A DNA stretch of 64,000 nucleotides from Candidatus Pelagibacterales bacterium (GTDB lineage Bacteria > Pseudomonadota > Alphaproteobacteria > TMED109), in the NCBI GenBank assembly GCA_002715265.1, contig PAYS01000017.1:66775-130774 (forward strand), read 5' to 3'. The translations under genes and the position numbers were made by a program. The stretch's first letter is position 1. The number at the start of each line of letters is the position of its first letter. Below, piece by piece: positions 9,294-18,900 of this stretch. A model generated the notes under the pieces. That model was not told the DNA's origin and searched no databases. It saw only the letters and a program-made list of their open reading frames with translations.

Positions 9294-12200
9294 ATGGATA
9301 TTCTTAAATTATTTTCAATACATAAAACCGCTTCTAATGCTCTAATGATTTTAATAATATTATTTGGATTACTTGGCTTGACTAAGCTAAATGTCCAGTC
9401 ATTACCAGATTTTGGTTTTGATTTGATTACCGTTAGTGTTGATTGGAAGAGTGCGAGTCCTAGAGATGTAGAAAATAGAATTATAAAATCTATTGAACCC
9501 AAATTAAGAATTATTGATGGCGTCAGAAATGTAAATTCTACTTCACGAGAAGGTTTAGCTCAATTAAGTATTGAGTTTGTAAAAGATACTGATATGCAAA
9601 GAGCTCTATCTGATGTGACTTCAACTGTAGATAGAATATTAAGTCTACCTGAAGATGCAGAAAAGCCAAAAATTAGAAGAATAATTAGATATGAAACTGT
9701 TGGAAGAGTTTTGCTTTATGGAGATGTGAGTGAAGAAAAGTTAAGAGAAAATGCGCAAAAAATTAGAGATGATTTATTAAATTTAGGTATAGATAAAATA
9801 AATATATTAGGGATGAGAAATAAAGAAATTAATATATTACTTAATTCCCTATCATTAATGCGCTTTAATTTATCTCTTGAAGAAATTTCAAATAAAATTT
9901 TCTCTTTAAGTGAGGATGTTCCTATTGGAACCATAGAGGATTCTGAAAGAAGAAAAATAAAGTTCTTTGGTGAAAAAAATAATATAGATCAGATTGCAGA
10001 TCTTGAAATAAAAATTGGTAAGGAGGGTGAAAAAATACTTTTAAGCGATGTAGCTGAAATTGATATGGTCTTTGACAAAGAAGGGCAATATGGTTTGATT
10101 AATGGAAAAAGAGCTATAAGTCTTGATGTAAAAAGAGCATCTGGCAGAGATGCTCTAAAAATGGCAAATATACTAGAAAATTATGTAAGTGAATTTAAAA
10201 ATACAACCTTATCTAATGTCCAATTAAAAATATACGATTTAAGTGTTCAATCCGTGAGAGACAGAATTTCATTATTAATAAAAAATGGTTTAGGCGGATT
10301 AGTTTTAGTTGTATCGATATTATTTTTATTCTTATCAGGAAAAGTAGCATTTTGGGTTGCATTTGGAATTCCTATTGCTTTGTTAGGTACTTTGGGAGTT
10401 ATGCTTGTTTCAGGACAAAGTATCAATATGGTAAGTCTGTTTGCTTTAATAATGATGTTAGGAATTATTGTAGATGATGCTATTGTTGTCGCTGAACATG
10501 CTCAATTTCGTCATGATTCCGGTATAAATCCGGAAAATTCGGCTTACGATGGAGCTAGAACAATGTTCATTCCAGTATTTACTGCAGCAATTACAACAGT
10601 TGCAGCATTTATTCCTATTTTTTTAATTACAGGTATTATTGGGCAAGTAATTGAAGCAATTCCATTGGTTGCTATTGCTGTTTTAATTGCTTCATTAATA
10701 GAATGTTTTTTAATTTTACCAGGCCATTTAACAATGGCTTTAAGTATAGATAAATTAAATATATCCAAATTTCGAATAAAATTTAATGATAATTTTAATA
10801 GATTTAAAAATAATACTTTTAATAGATTTGTCACATTAGCAGTAAAATACCGATATACTACTCTATCAATTGTTTTTGCCTCTCTAATACTGGTATTGGG
10901 AATAATGATTGGTGGAAGAGTTGCTTTTGTGTTTTTTCCCTCTCCTGAACCTGATATAATTTATGCAAATTTTAATTTTTCTCCTGGCACTAATAAATCT
11001 AAGACTGAAGAAATGATTCTAAATCTAGAAAAATCTTTATCAAAAGCAGATGTTAATAAAGAGGTAAAAACCTACTTTTCTGTTGTAGGAAGGTCATTGG
11101 GTTTGCCTGGAAGTGTGAATCAAATACAGGGACAGCATATGGGGTCAATGATAGTTGAATTACTTCCTTCAGATAAAAGAATTACAAGAGTAGATAGTTT
11201 AATAAGTTTATGGAGAAAAAATTTAGATAAAGTTGCGGGTTTAGAAGCATTATCAATTATTTCAAAAAGACAAGGGCCACCGGGCAAGGATATTGATATA
11301 AGAATTACACCTAATGATAAATCAGAAAAAATTATAAAATCAAAGTATGTTGCCTCTGAAATAAAAAGTTTGTTATCTAATTATGAAGGGGTTACAGATA
11401 TTTATGATGACCTTCCATGGGGTAAAGAGGAATTAGTACTAGAATTAAAACCTTTAGCAAGATCTATGAATATGACTATTTTGGATATAGCTAATCAAAT
11501 ACAGGCAGCTTTTAGTGGTGTTGTAGCAAGAAGGTTTTCAGATGGTATGGAGGAAATTTTAATTAGGGTAAAATATGATGATTCAAATTTAAAAGAATAT
11601 GATTTAAAAAATATGTTAATTTTATCACAAGATCGGGATTTTATACCATTATATCAGTTAACGGATATAAAATATGATAAAGGATTTTCAATTATAAGAA
11701 GAGAAAATGGGCAATCTGAGGTATCTATTACTGCAGAACTAGACGAAAGTGTAACTTCTCCTGCTACGATATTGACAGAACTTTCTAATGGGCCTTTAGA
11801 TTTAATAGCTAAAGAAAATAATTTTTCATGGAGATTTTCAGGTAGGTCTGAAGAACAAAAGGAAACTTTAAATGATATGAAATTAGGAACAATTATTGGT
11901 TTAATAATAATATATATAATATTATCAGCTATATTTTCTTCTTATTCCAGACCATTAATAGTAATGAGCATAATTCCTTTTGCTGCATTAGGTTCTATAA
12001 TTGGTCATTGGGTTACCGGTTATGATATGACAATATTATCTTTAGTAGCCTTATTAGGTTTATCAGGTATTGTTATTAATGATTCAATAATAATGGTTTC
12101 GACTATAAACAAAAAAATACGAGAAGGATTAATTATATTTTCTGCTGCAATTGAGGGAGCTAAGGAGAGACTTAGAGCTGTTTTTTTAACATCATTAACT

Positions 12201-12389
12201 ACAATTTGTGGTTTAACCCCACTTTTGTTTGAAAGGAGTACGCAGGCTCAATTTCTAAAACCAATGGTCATAACAATTGTTTTTGGTTTAATAGCAACAA
12301 CATTTTTAGTTTTATTTTTGGTGCCTTCATTAATAGTTATTCAAAATGATATAAAAATATTTTTTAAAAAGATTAAATTGATTTCTTGA
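9294..12389 (+). CDS. RND efflux permease, AcrB/AcrD/AcrF family
   Basis: 1031 aa, GIIVDDAIVV proton-relay motif, RLRAVFLTSLTT, two large periplasmic loops. Confidence 0.95.
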   Translation: MDILKLFSIHKTASNALMILIILFGLLGLTKLNVQSLPDFGFDLITVSVDWKSASPRDVENRIIKSIEPKLRIIDGVRNVNSTSREGLAQLSIEFVKDTDMQRALSDVTSTVDRILSLPEDAEKPKIRRIIRYETVGRVLLYGDVSEEKLRENAQKIRDDLLNLGIDKINILGMRNKEINILLNSLSLMRFNLSLEEISNKIFSLSEDVPIGTIEDSERRKIKFFGEKNNIDQIADLEIKIGKEGEKILLSDVAEIDMVFDKEGQYGLINGKRAISLDVKRASGRDALKMANILENYVSEFKNTTLSNVQLKIYDLSVQSVRDRISLLIKNGLGGLVLVVSILFLFLSGKVAFWVAFGIPIALLGTLGVMLVSGQSINMVSLFALIMMLGIIVDDAIVVAEHAQFRHDSGINPENSAYDGARTMFIPVFTAAITTVAAFIPIFLITGIIGQVIEAIPLVAIAVLIASLIECFLILPGHLTMALSIDKLNISKFRIKFNDNFNRFKNNTFNRFVTLAVKYRYTTLSIVFASLILVLGIMIGGRVAFVFFPSPEPDIIYANFNFSPGTNKSKTEEMILNLEKSLSKADVNKEVKTYFSVVGRSLGLPGSVNQIQGQHMGSMIVELLPSDKRITRVDSLISLWRKNLDKVAGLEALSIISKRQGPPGKDIDIRITPNDKSEKIIKSKYVASEIKSLLSNYEGVTDIYDDLPWGKEELVLELKPLARSMNMTILDIANQIQAAFSGVVARRFSDGMEEILIRVKYDDSNLKEYDLKNMLILSQDRDFIPLYQLTDIKYDKGFSIIRRENGQSEVSITAELDESVTSPATILTELSNGPLDLIAKENNFSWRFSGRSEEQKETLNDMKLGTIIGLIIIYIILSAIFSSYSRPLIVMSIIPFAALGSIIGHWVTGYDMTILSLVALLGLSGIVINDSIIMVSTINKKIREGLIIFSAAIEGAKERLRAVFLTSLTTICGLTPLLFERSTQAQFLKPMVITIVFGLIATTFLVLFLVPSLIVIQNDIKIFFKKIKLIS

Positions 12390-12392
12390 CTA

Positions 12393-13835
12393 TTATTTTC
12401 TCCAAAAAGAAGGAATAAATAAAATTAATACAGCAAAAAATTCTATTCTACCAATTATCATAGCTAGAGAAAGCGTCCATTTAGCAGCATCCGGAAATTG
12501 ACTAAAATTTCCCGATGGACCTATTTCATTGCTGAGTCCTGGTCCAACTACAGCTATGGCTGTAGCTGCAGCTGATAATGAAGAGAGCATGTCTATTCCT
12601 AAAAAAGATAATATTGCAGCGACTAACAATGTAGTAAAAATAAATAGAAATATTAGGGATAAGATTGATAATATAGTTTTATCTTCAAGAGTAGATTTTT
12701 CATAAGATATATTTATTACTTGATGTGGTTTAATAATTGTTTTTATTTGTTGAACTATTACTTTAAACAAAATTTGTAGGCGAAATATTTTAATTCCACC
12801 AGTAGTAGATCCAGTGCAACCTCCTACAAACATAAAAATGAATAGTAATGCTATTGCAAAAGATCCCCATTGAGTAAAATCTGATGTTGAATACCCTGTT
12901 CCTGTAATTATAGAAATAACATTAAATGCAGCAATTCTAGTAGCTTTAAATATATCAATATCAATTTTATAATGAAGCCATAAAGTCATCATGAATATAG
13001 AAATTAAAATGAGTAAAATAAAGTTTTTGACTTGGCTATCAAATATTAAATGATTAATGTTATTTAAAGATTTTACAAATAATATAAATGGTAGGCTAGC
13101 AAGTATCATTCCTGTAATAATAATTAATTCTATGAGGCTGCTATTGTAATGAGCTATGGAGTTATTTTGTGTTGAATATCCTCCTGTCGCTAAGGTTGTC
13201 ATTGCATGGCATATGGAGTCAAAAAATGGCATGCCCGCTATTTTTAAAAATAGAGCACAAATTATTGTTAAAGCCCCATATATTATTATTATAGAGGTTG
13301 CTATTTTTTTAACACTTTCTTTAAGTTTGTCTGTGCCTTCTGTTTGTTCAGAGAAAAAAAGTTGTAAGCCACTTATATGAAGTAAAGGTAATGCAGCTAC
13401 AGCCATTACTATTATTCCAATACCACCTAGCCATTGTAAAATTGATCTCCATAAGAGCAATCCGGCCGAAGCATCATTTAAATCTTTTATAATAGTAGAA
13501 CCTGTAGTAGTTATGCCACTTGTTGCCTCAAAAAAAGAGTCAGTATAACTTAAATTTAAATTTGATAGATAAAATGGCAATGCTGATATGGAGGCTAATA
13601 TAAACCACGACAGAAAAGTTAGTAAAAATGTTTCTTTGTTTCCAATTTTAAGCTCTTTACTTTTAAATGCCAGAATTATTGTCATTCCAATAAAAAATAT
13701 AATAATTCCTGTTGAGGCAAATATAGTCCATTCATTTTCATGTTTTATAAAATTAAAAATTGCTGGAAATAACATCATACATCCTAATGTTGAGGTTAAT
13801 ATCCCAAGAATGTATAAAACTGACCTAATATTCAT
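12393..13835 (-). CDS. trkH: Trk potassium uptake membrane protein
   Basis: FEATSGITTTG, WRSILQWLGGIG, ATGGYS, GGCTGSTTGGIK and GRIE motifs. Confidence 0.95.
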   Translation of the reverse strand: MNIRSVLYILGILTSTLGCMMLFPAIFNFIKHENEWTIFASTGIIIFFIGMTIILAFKSKELKIGNKETFLLTFLSWFILASISALPFYLSNLNLSYTDSFFEATSGITTTGSTIIKDLNDASAGLLLWRSILQWLGGIGIIVMAVAALPLLHISGLQLFFSEQTEGTDKLKESVKKIATSIIIIYGALTIICALFLKIAGMPFFDSICHAMTTLATGGYSTQNNSIAHYNSSLIELIIITGMILASLPFILFVKSLNNINHLIFDSQVKNFILLILISIFMMTLWLHYKIDIDIFKATRIAAFNVISIITGTGYSTSDFTQWGSFAIALLFIFMFVGGCTGSTTGGIKIFRLQILFKVIVQQIKTIIKPHQVINISYEKSTLEDKTILSILSLIFLFIFTTLLVAAILSFLGIDMLSSLSAAATAIAVVGPGLSNEIGPSGNFSQFPDAAKWTLSLAMIIGRIEFFAVLILFIPSFWRK

Positions 13836-13891
13836 ATAAATATCCAGAGTTAATATTAAAATATATTAAACCTATTTATGTTATTAAAATA

Positions 13892-14323
13892 CTAATTTAT
13901 TATTTTATTACTGGAAGGCACATCTAATGAAAATGTTGGAATATTAATTTTAAAGTATTCATTATTACGCCATTTCATTCCATAACTTCCAGTCATAAAA
14001 CCAGAAGATACTCTTAATGGTGTGCCACTAGAATATTCAAAATAATTATTAGGATCAATTTTTGGCTGTTTTCCAACAACTCCTTCGCCTTTAACTTCTT
14101 GTATATATCCAGTACAATCAGTAATTTTCCAATGTCTATCTATAAGTTTTACTGAAGATTTATTAAGATTTTCAATTAAAATATGATATGACCATAGCCA
14201 TAAATTTTTATCTGGTTCGGATTGATCAGATAAATAATTAGTATTAACACTAACTCGAATATTCTGTGTAACTTCAGTATAAGGATAAACGATATTATTT
14301 TTTACATAAGATTTATTATTCAT
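13892..14323 (-). CDS. apaG: ApaG/CorD protein
   Basis: RHWKITD, GEGVVGKQP, FEYSSG and IPTFSLD motifs. Confidence 0.93.
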   Translation of the reverse strand: MNNKSYVKNNIVYPYTEVTQNIRVSVNTNYLSDQSEPDKNLWLWSYHILIENLNKSSVKLIDRHWKITDCTGYIQEVKGEGVVGKQPKIDPNNYFEYSSGTPLRVSSGFMTGSYGMKWRNNEYFKINIPTFSLDVPSSNKIIN

Positions 14324-14339
14324 TTAATTTCACCATAAA

Positions 14340-15260
14340 TTAATTATTTATACAGTTAGCACCACCAAGAACACAAAATTTAGAGCAATGTGGATGATTT
14401 AAATAAGTTGTTTTAAAAGAATTATTTAGGTCTTCACCATAATCATATTCTTTTGTATATGGCAACAAAGTGCATGCAACAACATGAGTTTTATTATTCT
14501 CTTTTCTTTTTACAATCATTCGTGAATTTGAACACATTAAGTTATTTGGGTTTACACCTAGCAAGCTCCAACAGGCTGTAGTTATTTCTGGTGTATCTGT
14601 GAGGTTGTTCATTTCAGGAAATAAAACTAAATCATTATTATTACAGACATCTAAATTTAGGTTCAATTGTTCAAATAGATTTTTATAACCTTTTCTTAAA
14701 AGATTTTCATTTTCATATAAAGATCTGGAAGCAATACTAATATTAAAATTATTATTATGAAGCCAGATAATGCCATTAATAGTTTTATCCCAACTATTTT
14801 TGCCTCTAATTTTTTCATGTTTTTCTTTAGTGTAGTGATCTAAAGAGATACGAAATTTTAAATTATTATTTTCTTGAAAATTTAATAACATACATTTTTT
14901 ATTTTGTAACGGTTGCATTGCATTAGTTAAGATTAATAACTCGCGATCCTTATTTAAACATGTGGAGATAATTTTGATAATATCCTTATTCATGAATGGT
15001 TCTCCTCCAGTAATGCCTATAGATTTGCAATTAATATTTGATGTTTCAATCTCGTTTAAATATTTACAAACATCTTCATGTGATAAATAAAGGAGTCTAT
15101 CATTTTTAGGACTTGATTCTATATAGCAATCTTTACAACTTAGATTACATAATGTTCCTGTATTAAACCATAAAGTTTTTAAACCATTAAAATTAACATA
15201 AGCTCTTTTTTCTCCTGAGATAGTGTATTGTTTATTTGAAAACTTTTTATTATTTTTCAT
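14340..15260 (-). CDS. Radical SAM protein of unknown function with Cys-rich C-terminus
   Basis: CNLSCKDC (CxxxCxxC), TGGEPF, LTNA, ISLDH; six further Cys in the C-terminal ~80 aa. Confidence 0.9.
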   Translation of the reverse strand: MKNNKKFSNKQYTISGEKRAYVNFNGLKTLWFNTGTLCNLSCKDCYIESSPKNDRLLYLSHEDVCKYLNEIETSNINCKSIGITGGEPFMNKDIIKIISTCLNKDRELLILTNAMQPLQNKKCMLLNFQENNNLKFRISLDHYTKEKHEKIRGKNSWDKTINGIIWLHNNNFNISIASRSLYENENLLRKGYKNLFEQLNLNLDVCNNNDLVLFPEMNNLTDTPEITTACWSLLGVNPNNLMCSNSRMIVKRKENNKTHVVACTLLPYTKEYDYGEDLNNSFKTTYLNHPHCSKFCVLGGANCINN

Positions 15261-15708
15261 TTCTTTTTCTCACTATACTTATACTTTCCAGAGTCATAAT
15301 AAGTTCTTTATTTTCATTATAAACTTCAGACTTAGTTATCATACTGCCAATGTTAGGTTTTGATTTGCTTGGTTTTTTACTTATTATAGTTACATTGCCA
15401 AAAATTTCTTGATTTGGAAATAGTGGCTTTATCCATCTAATTTCATTCATTCCAGGCGAACCTAAAGAGGCAAGGTTTTTTATAAAACTATCGCATAACA
15501 TTTTCATATATAATGCACAGGTGTGCCATCCAGAAGCACATAATCCTCCAAATAATGATTCTTTCGCTTTTTCTTCACTTATGTGAAAAGGTTGAGGGTC
15601 ATATTTTTTAGCAAAATCTATTACCTCTTCTTTTGAGACAAATAAAGGGCCTAATTTATAACTGTCACCTTCTTTAATATCTTCAAAGTAAATTTTAGTT
15701 TTTTTCAT
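15250..15708 (-). CDS. MaoC-family (hot-dog fold) dehydratase
   Basis: YFED, FAKKYDPQPFH, FGGLCASGWHT and SPG..EIRW motifs. Confidence 0.9.
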   Translation of the reverse strand: MKKTKIYFEDIKEGDSYKLGPLFVSKEEVIDFAKKYDPQPFHISEEKAKESLFGGLCASGWHTCALYMKMLCDSFIKNLASLGSPGMNEIRWIKPLFPNQEIFGNVTIISKKPSKSKPNIGSMITKSEVYNENKELIMTLESISIVRKRNEK

Positions 15709-15999
15709 ATTATTCCTTTAAATTTTTGTTATTTTTACTATGTTGTAATGTGAGAGGTATGTTATATTATATTTATAAACTTAAACATTTATGTTTTTCC
15801 AGTTTTATATCTTTTTTAACAGTCATTCTCTATAGAGGTAAATAGTAATTTGAAAGTGTAAATACAATATTTTATTTATTTTTAAAGAGTTAATTTATTT
15901 ATATTAATGTTTGATTGTAAGTAAAATTTTGTTTAGTCTCCACCTCCATGGATTTTTATTAGATTAAATTAGATGGCTAAAAATTAAAGTAAGTGAGTT

Positions 16000-18900
16000 A
16001 TGGATAAAAAATTTGTAAAAAAGAACTTTTCTGATAGACCCACAAGTCAAGGTTTATATGATGCTAATTTGGAGCATGATTCATGTGGCATAGGTTTTGT
16101 TGCGAACATAAGAGGTAATAAAGATCATTCAATAATACAGGATGGGCTAAAAATACTTGAAAACTTGACTCATAGAGGTGCTGTTGGAGCAGATCCTACC
16201 ATGGGAGATGGTGCAGGATTATTATTGCAAATACCAGATTTATTTCTTAGGCAAGAATGCAAAAGTTTAGGCATTAACTTGCCAGAAGAAGGAAAATATG
16301 CAGTAGCACAAATTTTTATGGCAGCAGAGCCTGATAAGCAAAAATATTGTGAAAAAATTTTAGAGGATTTGATAAGCACTTCGGATGAGAAATTTTTAGG
16401 TTGGAGGAATGTTCCTGTATCAGAAAAAGCAGTATCCAGTTCGGTAAATTCTTCTGCTCCAATAATAAAGCAAGCATTTGTAGCTGCTTCTGAAAAAAAT
16501 TTTAATCAAGACGCATTTGAGAGAAGAATATATGTTTTAAGAAAACAATTTTCTAATAAATTGAGAGATGATGAAGCCTCAGGTAAACAAAATATATTAT
16601 ATGTATGCTCTTTTTCATCTAGAACATTAAATTATAAAGGTATGCTTTTATCTGATACTGTAGGAAACTATTTTCCTGATTTACAAGATAAAAGAGTGGT
16701 TAGTGCTTTAGCATTAGTCCATCAGAGGTTTTCTACAAATACTTTTCCATCGTGGGATTTAGCACAGCCTTTTAGAATGATATGTCATAACGGAGAGATT
16801 AACACATTAAGAGGTAATGTGAATTGGATGAATGCTAGAAAACATATTATGACTTCTAAGATGTTAAATGATGACTTAAAAAAAATATGGCCAGTAATAG
16901 CAGAAGGTCAATCAGATTCAGCGTGTTTTGATAATGCTTTAGAGCTTCTTGTGATGGGTGGATATAGTTTAGCGCATGCAATGATGTTATTAATACCAGA
17001 ATCCTGGAAGGATAATAAGCTTATGGATAAAAATAGAAGGGCTTTTTATGAATATAATTCTTCTATTATGGAACCTTGGGATGGTCCTGCAGCAGTTGCA
17101 TTTACTGACGGAAAACAAATTGGAGCTACACTTGATAGAAATGGTCTCAGGCCAGCAAGATATTTTGTAACTAAAGATGATAAAATAATACTGTCTTCTG
17201 AAATGGGGGTATTACCATACCCTGAAGATCAAATTAAAGAAAAGTGGAGATTGCAACCAGGTCGTATGCTTTTAATAGATTTACAGAAAGGATCAATAAT
17301 TACAGATGAAGAAGTGAAAAAATCTCTTATAGAAAAGCACCCATACGTTTCAATAGTAGATCAAAATAGAGTTAAATTAGACGATTTGCGAAAGGTTGAA
17401 CATGAAGAGTTAAATTTATCTAAGAAAGATAAATTAGATGTTCAGCAGGCTTTTGGATACACACAAGAAGATATAAAATTTTTAATAGAACCTATGATTA
17501 ATTCCGCGCAAGAAGCAACTGGTTCTATGGGCACAGACACACCATTAGCTGTATTATCCTCAAAACATAAGCTTTTATATAATTTTTTTAAACAATTATT
17601 TGCTCAGGTTACTAATCCTGCAATAGATCCTATACGTGAAAAAATGGTTATGAGCCTGATGAGTATTTTGGGACCAAGGAAGAATTTATTATCAGTTGAG
17701 CCAGTAAATTCTAAATGTTTAATGTTAGATCAGCCTATTCTTAGTAATAATGAAATAAATTTAATAAAAAATATAGAAAAATCAGATATAGGATACAAAC
17801 CTTTCATACTCGATGCAACTTCTGCAAAACAGGAGGGCTTATCTGGAATGAAAAAAACAATTGAACGATTAAAATCTAATTCGGAAAAAGCTATTATAGA
17901 TGGATGTAATATAATTATTATTTCGGATAGGAATATATCTAAAGATAGGTATGCTATTCCTATGCTATTAGCATTGTCTTCCGTGCATCAGCATTTAGTA
18001 AGAACTGGATTAAGAACAAAAATTGGTATTGCAATAGAAACCGGAGAAGCTAGAGAGATTCATCATTATTGTGTATTAGCAGGATATGGAGCTGATGCTA
18101 TAAACCCATATTTGGCATTTGAAACTATAAAAGACTTAATAAATGCTCCTTCGGTGTCAGTAAGTTATGAAGAGGCTTGTAAGAATTATGTGCAGGCAAT
18201 TGGAAAAGGTATTTTAAAAGTCATGTCTAAAATGGGTATTTCTACTTATCAATCTTATAATGGAGCTCAGATATTTGATGCAGTAGGGCTATCTAATGAT
18301 TTTGTAAATGAGTATTTTCCTGGAACTCCTTCTAAAATAGAAGGTTTATCAATCGAAGATATATTGACTTCAACTATAGAATGTCATGCTAGGGCTTATG
18401 GACAAGAGCCGATATTAGAAAATATGTTAGATGTTGGAGGTGATTATGCATATAGATTGCGTGGCGAAGATCATGTATGGACACCTACTTCAGTTAGAGA
18501 TTTACAGCATGCAGTTAGAGGAAAATCTCAAGAAAAATATGATGAATATGCAAAGGCTATTAATGAACAGGCAATACAAAAAATGACTCCTAGAGGTATG
18601 TTTGAATTAAATTTTGCTAAAGAGCCATTAAATATTGATGAGATAGAATCGGCTGAAAATATAGTAAAAAGATTTGCTACAGGAGCTATGTCTTTTGGTT
18701 CTATTTCTCGAGAAGCTCATACAACATTAGCTATTGCAATGAATGCAATAGGTGGCAAGTCTAATACAGGAGAAGGTGGAGAAGAAGTAGATAGATTTAA
18801 AACTCAGCCCGATGGAACTTCTATGAGGTCTGCAATTAAACAAGTTGCTTCAGGTAGGTTTGGAGTAACTACAGAGTATTTAGTTAATGCTGATGATATT

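Noticed and set aside
15950..15983. SAM-II-like words (GATTT...AAAT...GCTAAAAA) in the gltB leader
   Set aside because: The required P1 helix cannot be formed, gltB is not a SAM-pathway gene, and such words are common in AT-rich DNA.
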